IMG/VR virus record: IMGVR_UViG_3300011443_000013
Location: 1 to 41,629 of that record
Origin: a virus
Taxonomy: Duplodnaviria > Caudoviricetes
DNA length: 41,629 nucleotides
Direction: 5' to 3' (one strand)
Numbering within the stretch: the first letter of the stretch is position 1; each line of letters opens with the position of its first letter. The notes below the pieces were generated by a model. The model searched no databases and was not told the origin of the DNA. It saw only the letters and a program-made list of their open reading frames with translations. The position numbers were made by a program, and so were the translations under genes. Below are positions 33,806-41,629 of the stretch, piece after piece.

Positions 33806-35664
33806 GATTTAAAAAGCCATTTACGACCGTCAACCGTTCAGGAAATACGGCAGGATATACGTTTATATATGATACTCTTTCGGATAGAACGAGGACAAGT
33901 CTTTATTATGACTTCACCAAGCTAACAGGGACTAACGGCACAGCTATTTCTAACGGTAACGCTGGGTTAGTTGACCAAAGTGGTAACGGGCATACCGCCA
34001 CAATTATCAATACGCCGGTTATTAGGGATGTTTCGATAAATGGAAGTACAATTAAAACGCTTCACGATGAGAGTACGAACTGTGTTAACACTAACACAAC
34101 GGGGGCTAGTTTTTTAGGCTCTACTTTTAACGGGGCTACAGGGTTTGAAATTTATATTGTTCTGCAGCTTCAGGACGGACAACCGGCAAGCACTCAAAAT
34201 ATACTGGGCGGACGCAAGCCAACAAACATTGGAGTAAACGTCTTTTTAGCCACAGATGGAAAAATGGCTATAGCGGTAGGTACAACGTCAGGTGTTTTTG
34301 TATGGAATACCAATGGTGCAGTATTTACTAATGGAGTGAATGAGACCGCAGTATTGAGGATGAGGGTTAATTTTTCATCTGGTGTAAGCTGCTATAAAAA
34401 TGGAGTTTTATTTGCCGGTAATTTTTTATCAGGTACAATATCGTCACCCACTCCGTCACAGATTGCCACAGATTTCACGGTGAATATGTACATAGGGGCG
34501 CTGAATGATAACGGTACGCCCACTTCTCCCGGCGGTATTACTTCTATTTTCAAGGTTCTTTTCATGCCGTTGCAGTCTACTATTACAGCCTTTCCGATGG
34601 ATGCTATTCAGGAGGAGCTAATGAGTTTCACCTGGGTGAACTGGGTGGCTGATGAAGTGCATGTTACGGCTGCGAACGTGGCTACACAGCGCACAGCGGC
34701 TATTACTGCGTTCACAAACGGGAACGGTCTTCATACCATTAGCCCGACAACTACGACTGGGATAACCGGAGCTATACATATTTGCAATACGGCGAATGTT
34801 TCTAATGCTTCATCATGGGACCGTCTTACGTTTGCAATGAATGATGTAGACGGGTTTAGCTGGTCGCATAAATGTTATTTAGCGCATACCAACCAAACGC
34901 CTAACGGGAAATTGCTTATTGTGTGTAACGGTCACGCGTCGGATGTAGCGAGTGGGTATGAGTCAATGTTTACGCAGGCGCTAGGCTATGGATATGATGT
35001 TTTATATTGTGCTATGCCTGTAGTGGGCGATAACACCGAAACCAATCCAACAATTACCCTGACAAGTTCATCAGGTCACAACCAAATGTTAAGCGGCGGG
35101 CTGGATCGGGTGGGTTACAGTCCGATTGAATTGTTTTTATTCGATAAGTTCTCAGCCATAAACCATTTAAACGGAAGCTATTCTGAAATTATAATAAACG
35201 GTAACAGCGGGGGTGGGTGGACGTCGTGTATTATTGGGGCGCTGGACGAGAGGGTTGATATAACATTTACTAACCGTGGTATGGGTCTGCGGTCGTTTAA
35301 GTTTAAGGAAACTGCCATTGACTACGAACAGGGTGGAATGCCTACCTACGCATGGACTTCAGCGATAGCGGGTACGACCGTTTCCGGTACTCGGTTATAT
35401 GCTATTTATACAGCTACAACTTTTTTTGATTTGTTAGCCATGTGTGCCAGTTCAGGGCGTCAGGTGTACAGGTTCACGCACCAGGCGGATGATTGCTGTT
35501 TCTTCGGTACGCAAAGCTGGGTGTGGATGGATGTAATGAAAACACTGTGCGGAACGATGGGAGGTCATTTCACAAACAGGGTAGATTTTAATCCAGCATA
35601 TGCTTCTCACATGTTTAGCGCCAAAGATATTACAGATATGTTTCATTACTTGGGAGACTTGTGA
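33802..35664 (+). CDS. Receptor-binding-type protein: LamG-like lectin domain plus alpha/beta hydrolase
   Basis: LVDQSGNGH..YKNG..MYIGA LamG-like N-half; NGH, GNSGGGW (GxSxG), DDCCF, SH in the C-half. Confidence 0.7.
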   Translation: MRFKKPFTTVNRSGNTAGYTFIYDTLSDRTRTSLYYDFTKLTGTNGTAISNGNAGLVDQSGNGHTATIINTPVIRDVSINGSTIKTLHDESTNCVNTNTTGASFLGSTFNGATGFEIYIVLQLQDGQPASTQNILGGRKPTNIGVNVFLATDGKMAIAVGTTSGVFVWNTNGAVFTNGVNETAVLRMRVNFSSGVSCYKNGVLFAGNFLSGTISSPTPSQIATDFTVNMYIGALNDNGTPTSPGGITSIFKVLFMPLQSTITAFPMDAIQEELMSFTWVNWVADEVHVTAANVATQRTAAITAFTNGNGLHTISPTTTTGITGAIHICNTANVSNASSWDRLTFAMNDVDGFSWSHKCYLAHTNQTPNGKLLIVCNGHASDVASGYESMFTQALGYGYDVLYCAMPVVGDNTETNPTITLTSSSGHNQMLSGGLDRVGYSPIELFLFDKFSAINHLNGSYSEIIINGNSGGGWTSCIIGALDERVDITFTNRGMGLRSFKFKETAIDYEQGGMPTYAWTSAIAGTTVSGTRLYAIYTATTFFDLLAMCASSGRQVYRFTHQADDCCFFGTQSWVWMDVMKTLCGTMGGHFTNRVDFNPAYASHMFSAKDITDMFHYLGDL

Positions 35665-35798
35665 CGCAGAAACAACTAGTAAAGGAGTTGATAAACTATA
35701 TCACCAATATGAACGAGCCGGAGCGAACGGCATTTCTGCTGGCTAGTTATAAGTTTAAAAAGAAACCAAAAAAAGAGGATTGCGGATGCAATAAATAA
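35661..35798 (+). CDS. Small basic protein ending DCGCNK (45 aa), not in the ORF track
   Basis: GTGA overlap with the upstream stop; fills the gap exactly. Confidence 0.5.
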   Translation: MTQKQLVKELINYITNMNEPERTAFLLASYKFKKKPKKEDCGCNK

Positions 35799-35799
35799 T

Positions 35800-35994
35800 A
35801 TGGAACTACTCTTAACACTTCTTATTTACATTCTGGTCTTCGCTGTAATATTTTACGCGGTGATTGAGATTGTGAAAGCTATGAACGTACCGGTACAGTT
35901 TGCTAACGTGATTAAAGTTATCATTCTAGCACTGTTTGTGATACTTATTATCTCACTGTTCTTCGGGGTTAATTTGCCGAAGCTTCGATTGTAA
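35800..35994 (+). CDS. Small two-TM membrane protein
   Basis: Two long hydrophobic helices separated by MNVPVQF. Confidence 0.75.
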   Translation: MELLLTLLIYILVFAVIFYAVIEIVKAMNVPVQFANVIKVIILALFVILIISLFFGVNLPKLRL

Positions 35995-37634
35995 TGCTTG
36001 ACGAAACTTTACCAGTTGTATTTGGAACCATGAGAATAGACAAAATTTACCGAGATGGACCTGTCTGGCGGGGCGATGTTTCCGGGCCAATTACAAATTA
36101 TCCGGCCATTGGACTGCTCGTCGCTGACGATTCAGAAATCCCGGAACCCGTACCACCACCATTATTAACCTCGGTAGACAACACAGACACAAGGTTTGTT
36201 TACTCCGGGGCATGGTATTCAGGCCCCACAACAGCCCCCGGATTTTACAGTAACACGATAGCTTATTCTTCTATAGCGGGTAATACCGCTATTTTGATTT
36301 TTAACGGGACCTCAATTGAAGTATTTTGTGAGAAGAAAGCCGGCCACGGATCCGGGACTTTTCAGGTAGACTCACAACCGCCAGTTACTATAAATCTAGG
36401 CGTCCCCGGTCCGGTAGGATCCACGTCAGTATTTAAAGTTGACGTACCAGCCGGGGAGCATACAATTAAGCTAGGCGTGGTTGGGAACGGATATGTGGTG
36501 TTTGACTACGTTAAAATAAACGGGTCGCCCGTGACGCCTCCTGTGCCTCCTGTCGGGGATATCGTAGTAAATCCGGGGCAGTCTATTAAGGCAGCGGTGG
36601 AGTCCGCCACAGCAGGGAAGACAGTTTTAATATCTGACGGGGGCTATTTTGAAACTAACATAAAAGTCCCTTTAGGGGTCAACGTTAAAGGTGCTTCAAA
36701 GTCAGGCGTGATTATCAGTTACCCAGGGACCGCACAGTCACAGGGAGAATCGGCACTGTTCGAATTTAAAGGCGGGATAACCGGAAACCAGACGATTTCA
36801 GATTTGACCATTGATGGGAACTACGCGCTGAATGGGGGAATAATTGTAGACAGTAGAAACGATGTTAAGATATTAAATGTAAGCGTAAAAGAGTGCACGT
36901 TTTTCGGGTCATGGTTGAAGAACGCCGTGAATGCAGAACTGGCAAACTCAGAATTTTATAACACTTCATGGGCTTCGACGGGGTGGGCTTCGGGGGAAGT
37001 TTGTCTATTCAATGTCACTAACGTGTCCATCCATCATAATTACATCCACACGGATAGGAACGATAAAGGCTACGCTATTAAGGCACTGTGGGATAATGGT
37101 TTTGTAAGCGGTAAGATATACTCTAACAATATGCCAATGGCCGCTACAAGTCTGTGGAACAGCGGAAGCTCGCCTAACATTGGAATTGAATTGCACAATT
37201 GCTATTACGCAGGAATTGAAATCTACGATAACGATATTATCAATCCGCTAAGTCTGGCAGCGCATCGTCCAACAAAGTCAGGACGGGTAGTAGTCAGAAA
37301 GAACAGGTTTAAAATGCTGCCAGTAGTCAACGGGGCTATTGAGTTAGTATGCTCTAATGTAACGATAGAAGAAAACACGATAGAAGGGGATGCAATTTTT
37401 ACAGCAAATTATCAGCCTAACGGTAAATGGGTGGATCAGATTATTAATAATAATGACTTCACAAGTGATGGATCTAACCCTGGATGGGGAGGAACGTTTT
37501 TAATTGGTCCTGACGGGGCGAACATGACTATTACTAACAACAGATTTAAGAATTTAGGAAGTTACCCGTTTGTGAAGCACATGGGTAACCCGGCGAATAG
37601 TGTGGTGGTGGATAGCGGTAATGTAAAGAACTAA
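35994..37634 (+). CDS. Carbohydrate-binding domain plus right-handed beta-helix (depolymerase-like) protein
   Basis: DNTDTRFVYSGAW..FNGTSI..QVD..GEHTI..VFDY module, Pro-rich linkers, then PGQSIKAAV, ISDLTIDGN, IHHNYI, IEENTI repeats. Confidence 0.8.
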   Translation: MLDETLPVVFGTMRIDKIYRDGPVWRGDVSGPITNYPAIGLLVADDSEIPEPVPPPLLTSVDNTDTRFVYSGAWYSGPTTAPGFYSNTIAYSSIAGNTAILIFNGTSIEVFCEKKAGHGSGTFQVDSQPPVTINLGVPGPVGSTSVFKVDVPAGEHTIKLGVVGNGYVVFDYVKINGSPVTPPVPPVGDIVVNPGQSIKAAVESATAGKTVLISDGGYFETNIKVPLGVNVKGASKSGVIISYPGTAQSQGESALFEFKGGITGNQTISDLTIDGNYALNGGIIVDSRNDVKILNVSVKECTFFGSWLKNAVNAELANSEFYNTSWASTGWASGEVCLFNVTNVSIHHNYIHTDRNDKGYAIKALWDNGFVSGKIYSNNMPMAATSLWNSGSSPNIGIELHNCYYAGIEIYDNDIINPLSLAAHRPTKSGRVVVRKNRFKMLPVVNGAIELVCSNVTIEENTIEGDAIFTANYQPNGKWVDQIINNNDFTSDGSNPGWGGTFLIGPDGANMTITNNRFKNLGSYPFVKHMGNPANSVVVDSGNVKN

Positions 37635-37646
37635 CCAACTAACTAT

Positions 37647-38222
37647 ATGAAAAAAATTGTCTTTCTATCACTTCTCATACTTGCCGCGTGTAGCTATGAG
37701 CCTGAAGTCAAACCCTCCCCCCCTTATGGGGCCAATGGTTCTGCCTGTGGAACATATTACACTAATTGGACTTGGCGCGATACGGGCGGATGGTCTGGTA
37801 GTCCTTTTGATGCCGGAAGAACAAAGTATTTTAGTAACTACTTTAAACCAGCTAGTGCCGGATCTACATTTTGGTGGCCACTAGATTTTTCTGCGATTAT
37901 ACGAGTAACTAATTATGGGAGAGGTAAAATCAGAGCCACTTATGGGGATTGGTCGCAAGATATAGCTGTTGGTGGATATGCTGATTTTTATTATTCATGG
38001 ACTCCTCCAGGTGGTCTAGGTTGCTTTAGCCATATACCAGATACCAGCCTACCTATTGCAATGTCATTTTATAGAGTGACTTGTGGCAGCACTAGTGGCA
38101 GTCCTTATAACGGGCAGTATTACATAGCTGCGAATGTTCAAGTAATCTCAGCAACGGGTAATAATAACTTTAACGGACTACAGGCATTTTTTGGAACACC
38201 ATCATCAACCTGTACAAATTAA
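37647..38222 (+). CDS. Lipoprotein (possible receptor-blocking/exclusion protein)
   Basis: MKKIVFLSLLILAA-C lipobox; aromatic/Gly/Ser-rich with four further Cys. Confidence 0.75.
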   Translation: MKKIVFLSLLILAACSYEPEVKPSPPYGANGSACGTYYTNWTWRDTGGWSGSPFDAGRTKYFSNYFKPASAGSTFWWPLDFSAIIRVTNYGRGKIRATYGDWSQDIAVGGYADFYYSWTPPGGLGCFSHIPDTSLPIAMSFYRVTCGSTSGSPYNGQYYIAANVQVISATGNNNFNGLQAFFGTPSSTCTN

Positions 38223-38223
38223 T

Positions 38224-38355
38224 ATGGCAAAAGAAACAGCTACAATCTACTATGAGATAGAAAAGGTTGTAATTATCGTAAAGGCTGGCGGTCAGGTTAT
38301 CCTTCAATCAGGAAGCCCAACGCCACCACCAAAGCCACCTGGTGGGAATGGTTAG
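38224..38355 (+). CDS. 43-aa peptide with Pro/Gly-rich C-terminus, not in the ORF track
   Basis: MAKETATIYYEIEKVVIIVKAGGQVILQSGSPTPPPKPPGGNG*; fills the gap between two genes. Confidence 0.65.
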   Translation: MAKETATIYYEIEKVVIIVKAGGQVILQSGSPTPPPKPPGGNG

Positions 38356-38713
38356 GCTTTCAGTTTTATTATTGACACTGTCTTTGAGTGTAGTGTTCTT
38401 ATTCTTTTCAAAGACAAAAAGAATAGGATTCGCTTTTAGCGAAGTTGAATTAACATTAGACACGTATGTCTGGATGTTATGTGAACACTTGGTTATAGTC
38501 GGCCTTGCTGTAGTAGTATTATTGCAGGAAAGAATATACCGGAAATCAATATCGGTCTATCTAGGTCTGCAAATGGTTGACACCATAGGTTGGATGTTGT
38601 TTTATGAAGACCCTTTAAAGAATTGGCCCTTCAGTTTTAACCAATTGAAAATAGCCATATTCTTTTTAGTGGTTGTTAACGAAATGAACCTATGGACGAG
38701 AAAAAGCCGATAG
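38348..38713 (+). CDS. Multi-pass (about 4 TM) membrane protein
   Basis: Four hydrophobic segments; likely start MVRLSV. Confidence 0.7.
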   Translation: MVRLSVLLLTLSLSVVFLFFSKTKRIGFAFSEVELTLDTYVWMLCEHLVIVGLAVVVLLQERIYRKSISVYLGLQMVDTIGWMLFYEDPLKNWPFSFNQLKIAIFFLVVVNEMNLWTRKSR

Positions 38714-38940
38714 TTAAGTATGATCGGGTGACCGAGATACGACTTGAATACCTGGAGGAAAATATTAGAGAAATCAGTAAAACGCTATATAACGATGGCC
38801 AGGGTATTGTATATGATGTTAAGCAACTCAAACACGCATCACAGTCTAACTCTAGCCGTTTTGCGGCTGTTATTAACGTTATCTCTGTTATTATATCTTT
38901 TGTGGTAATGATTCTCCTGATAATTGAAAAAATGAAATGA
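38692..38940 (+). CDS. Holin-associated protein with C-terminal TM
   Basis: Coiled-coil N-terminus, single C-terminal TM, immediately upstream of the endolysin. Confidence 0.6.
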   Translation: MDEKKPIVKYDRVTEIRLEYLEENIREISKTLYNDGQGIVYDVKQLKHASQSNSSRFAAVINVISVIISFVVMILLIIEKMK

Positions 38941-39500
38941 ATAAATTTCTACTCGTCAAAGACAGCGTAGTGTTAACAGAGCATATAACCCCGGTTATCG
39001 CAAGGCTTGATCCGTTCTTTGCCGCCCATAAGTTAACCGCATGGGTGACATCAGGGCTACGCCGACCAGAAGACCAGCTTAGGATTATCCGAAACGAATT
39101 AAACCGCAGGGGACTATCAGGGGACTATCAGCAAGCCTTTGAGGACATCGGGGCAAAGATAATGTATGAAGACAGTGAAGTTTATGCATGGCAGCCGGCG
39201 TGGAGTAAGTTGCTGTCTCTGGGTTTTATCGTCAACCCTCCATATCCGGCTGTCGCTTTAATGGACTACTTCAGACCGGGGAGCGACAAGAACAAAAAAG
39301 GAACTATGATAGGGGACAGCCCACACATTAGGGGAACAGCGTTTGATATAGGTGGGGGAAAGGACGGCGTGTTTAATGAGGCACAGGTATTAGAACGGGC
39401 GATGGGTAACGTGAGCGGGTTGAAAGGCTATCTAGTCGAGAGAAATAACAACGCGGTCCATGTAGACTGCCAGCCGATTGACATGACTAACTTCAAATAA
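38937..39500 (+). CDS. Endolysin, peptidase M15-like
   Basis: VTSGLR, SPHIRGTAFD (H-x6-D), AVHVD. Confidence 0.8.
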   Translation: MNKFLLVKDSVVLTEHITPVIARLDPFFAAHKLTAWVTSGLRRPEDQLRIIRNELNRRGLSGDYQQAFEDIGAKIMYEDSEVYAWQPAWSKLLSLGFIVNPPYPAVALMDYFRPGSDKNKKGTMIGDSPHIRGTAFDIGGGKDGVFNEAQVLERAMGNVSGLKGYLVERNNNAVHVDCQPIDMTNFK

Positions 39501-39501
39501 T

Positions 39502-39771
39502 ATGAGCATCTGGACCAAAGCAATTATCTGGACTAAAATAAAGGACACGTTTGCCATAGGGGGCATCCTGAGTCAGGGTGGTATGGAAGTTTTAAATTCA
39601 TCCGAGCTTGTTAAATTGATTGTAGCCGGGGGGACGGTGATCGGCTACGTGGTGGGGATGTGGATGGAGGATAAGGACAGGGATGGTATTGTAGATTTAT
39701 TCCAAACGGACGTTACCATCAAGTCAGATTCACCCATTGAGGTAGAGGTAACCAAAACAAAAGAAGAATGA
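39502..39771 (+). CDS. Putative holin
   Basis: Two hydrophobic segments, DKDRDGIVD motif, charged C-terminus; follows the endolysin. Confidence 0.55.
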   Translation: MSIWTKAIIWTKIKDTFAIGGILSQGGMEVLNSSELVKLIVAGGTVIGYVVGMWMEDKDRDGIVDLFQTDVTIKSDSPIEVEVTKTKEE

Positions 39772-40469
39772 AAACACTTCTATTACTTTTTATTGCATTG
39801 CCAGCCTTGTCTCAGACTTACAAGATTGGTGAGATCACCAAATTGTGGACACCAAAGCATGTTCAGGTCACCGACGGGCTGGTCTTCAAGTATAAACTTT
39901 ATAACGGCTTAGATACCGCCTATCGGTATAACATTGGTCCTGATCCTGATACGTTCGACGTGGTAGTAACATTTAAGAAACGATTGCCGCCGGTTAAACC
40001 TGATCTGGTTACTACAATCGACGACAACCAAATAGTCCCTGAGCAGAATTATCTCCCTGCCACTAGATTAGCTGATAACGTTTATAGTTCAACAGCATGG
40101 GCGCATATGAAGAATCAATCATGGAATGCGCTGCACTATGCAAACACTGTATCTTTTGTAGAGGGCATACCAGTAGGAGCATACGTTGAATTGACTTGCT
40201 TTTGTTATAAGGTTGAGTGGTGGGGTGAGCGAAGAAATAATCATGGTATAGTTTCAATCACTACAGATGGTGGATCAATAGTTAATGTAGATACCTACGG
40301 AACCAATTCAGACAATCCATCCACGCTACTATGGCAAAGCCCATCCTCAGCCTCAGCCATTAACGGCACACACAAATTCCGGGTAACTTATACGGGCACA
40401 AAAAATCCTGCGTCTACTTCATTTAGTATTGTACATGATAAGTGGGTTATTTATACTAAGCAACCATGA
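39768..40469 (+). CDS. Secreted protein with carbohydrate-binding-like domain
   Basis: Signal peptide MKTLLLLFIALPALS-Q; C-terminal domain related to the N-terminal module of 35994..37634. Confidence 0.7.
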   Translation: MKTLLLLFIALPALSQTYKIGEITKLWTPKHVQVTDGLVFKYKLYNGLDTAYRYNIGPDPDTFDVVVTFKKRLPPVKPDLVTTIDDNQIVPEQNYLPATRLADNVYSSTAWAHMKNQSWNALHYANTVSFVEGIPVGAYVELTCFCYKVEWWGERRNNHGIVSITTDGGSIVNVDTYGTNSDNPSTLLWQSPSSASAINGTHKFRVTYTGTKNPASTSFSIVHDKWVIYTKQP

Positions 40470-40705
40470 AGAGCGAATACATAAAAGAAATGCAAGAACT
40501 CGCTGTGCTCAAGGCAGAGAACGAGCGACTGAAGGAAGAAGCCAAAGGCATAAACAATTTGCTTGAGGCACTAATAAAACTTCAGGCTGACAAAGCGGAA
40601 TTGAAGGAAATCTTATACGAAGTATATAATCGATATGCTTCATTAATGTCAACTAAGATGCAAGACAAATTAAAAGGCGTTCTCTCCAAACACGAAGCCA
40701 AATGA
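40466..40705 (+). CDS. Small coiled-coil protein, paralog of 1645..1908
   Basis: Three shared peptide and DNA blocks. Confidence 0.75.
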   Translation: MKSEYIKEMQELAVLKAENERLKEEAKGINNLLEALIKLQADKAELKEILYEVYNRYASLMSTKMQDKLKGVLSKHEAK

Positions 40706-40959
40706 GGGAGGAAGGAGCACCAGCTTGGAACACGTGGCCAACAGCCCACAACGCGGAAGGATGGCAATTGAGAAATAAACAACGGTTGAAGGCAAACATT
40801 GAACTTGTGATCCGATTCAAACGGCGTGAACGCTGGCAACTATTGAAGGCTGAACTTGGAGAAGAATATTTGGAAGAAATTAAAACCAAAGGAATGAGGG
40901 GAGGCTTATTAATAGTGGGTTATTTCTCCCCCCTTCCTGCGGCCCGTACCGGTGTCTAA
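40702..40959 (+). CDS. Hypothetical protein
   Basis: ATGA overlap; last plus-strand ORF before the convergence point. Confidence 0.5.
   Translation: MREEGAPAWNTWPTAHNAEGWQLRNKQRLKANIELVIRFKRRERWQLLKAELGEEYLEEIKTKGMRGGLLIVGYFSPLPAARTGV
40891..40937. terminator. Hairpin at the convergence of the two transcription units
   Basis: ggaatgaggggag...ctccccccttcc imperfect stem; T-rich tail on the minus strand. Confidence 0.4.
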
Positions 40960-40981
40960 AGGATTTGGTTTAACGGTCGGA

Positions 40982-41233
40982 CTAATTTTCTTGGCTGAAC
41001 TTGTAAGATCCGTTGTCAGACATTTGAGAGGCTTCAATGTTACGGTTACAGTGGAACGCTATCCCTAAGTAATAGGCGATGGCTGGCGTCAATTCTCCCA
41101 GGTCGTTGTCACGGACGTAGACGTTTAACATCTCCGGGTTCCCTTCGATTTCGTGGAACTTACACGTACAACGAGCTTCGATACACGTCTTTAAAAAGAG
41201 GTCTCTTTCTTTGGCTTCGATCTTGATTTTCAT
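40982..41233 (-). CDS. Hypothetical protein
   Basis: Likely start MKIKIEAK (TAATG coupling). Confidence 0.6.
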   Translation of the reverse strand: MKIKIEAKERDLFLKTCIEARCTCKFHEIEGNPEMLNVYVRDNDLGELTPAIAYYLGIAFHCNRNIEASQMSDNGSYKFSQEN

Positions 41234-41337
41234 TAGGCAAAAAAGGTTAGGATTATGGTGATTAAAATTAAGATAGCACACAGCGGAGCTAATTTCTCCG
41301 ATAGCGTTTGATTTGGGTTATGGTCACGTTCAATCAT
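41233..41337 (-). CDS. Small membrane peptide (34 aa), not in the ORF track
   Basis: MIERDHNPNQTLSEKLAPLCAILILITIILTFFA; overlaps both neighbours. Confidence 0.5.
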   Translation of the reverse strand: MIERDHNPNQTLSEKLAPLCAILILITIILTFFA

Positions 41338-41548
41338 TTTCTGAATATTTAAGGTTTAAGTCAGAAGCCATTCTGTCGAAAAGTTCTATGTTTTCGCACT
41401 GTTCACGCCACTGAACTGAGCCTACTTTCACTTTGCCAGAAGCTATTTCTTCACCTAGTTTCTGCTCTGCTGCTGACTTGAGAAGGTTCCAGGTTTTCTC
41501 TTCCTTTCTAAACTGATGGCCGTACCATCCTTCGAATTGGTTTTTCAT
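41330..41548 (-). CDS. Hypothetical protein
   Basis: 72 aa; start overlaps the stop of the zinc-finger gene across the circular junction. Confidence 0.65.
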   Translation of the reverse strand: MKNQFEGWYGHQFRKEEKTWNLLKSAAEQKLGEEIASGKVKVGSVQWREQCENIELFDRMASDLNLKYSEND

Positions 41549-41629
41549 TTCTGTAACTGTTTAAGTGAATTGCTGTATTGCAAGTGAAGTGTTATCAGGT
41601 CGGTTCTTTTCTGGTTCTCAACAAACTGC
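41512..41629. repeat. Terminal direct repeat copy 2 (identical to 1-118)
   Basis: Exact match to the window start. Confidence 0.95.

Noticed and set aside
9985-40889. Numerous short minus-strand and alternative-frame ORFs inside structural, glycan and lysis genes (e.g. 12329..12622, 15915..16223, 31169..31564, 40582..40839)
   Set aside because: Fully nested in long motif-bearing genes, with no independent signals
41512-41629. 118-bp terminal repeat as a biological DTR or att site
   Set aside because: It falls inside coding sequence and its length fits a k-mer overlap left when an assembler circularises a contig; treated as evidence of circularity only
1-41629. tRNA/rRNA genes or alternative genetic code
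   Set aside because: No cloverleaf seen in the few intergenic gaps, and hallmark genes are full length under the standard code; a tRNAscan-SE run would confirm

Overview
The window appears to be one complete, circularly permuted tailed-phage (siphovirus-type) genome of about 41,511 bp. Positions 1-118 are repeated exactly at 41512-41629 and minus-strand genes read through the junction. The host is very probably a Bacteroidota, given TTTG-N19-21-TAnnTTTG promoters, A-rich starts without Shine-Dalgarno sequences and typical gene families. The minus strand (8767 to 1, continuing 41548 to 40982) carries replication initiator/loader genes, a GNAT-like/DNA methyltransferase fusion coupled to a radical-SAM-like gene, small accessory genes, a misplaced spanin-like gene and an RHH-HNH operon. 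The plus strand runs: HTH, HNH, TerS/TerL, tail assembly chaperone with a -1 frameshift, tail genes, tape measure, ClpP-scaffold, capsid, tail tube, a 6.6-kb island of about 6 glycosyltransferases and 4 methyltransferases, portal, adaptor, fibres/depolymerases and lysis genes. I recognised no integrase, CI repressor, DNA polymerase, tRNA, CRISPR array or reverse transcriptase. The best candidates for new biology are (1) the phage-encoded methylated-glycan pathway inside the morphogenesis region, (2) the radical-SAM plus GNAT-MTase DNA-modification pair, (3) a 2.45-kb segment bounded by inverted paralogous genes that could flip the spanin into the lysis operon, and (4) a leader-peptide/pseudoknot element upstream of the replication initiator. 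All product calls come from motif recognition by eye; no database search was run.
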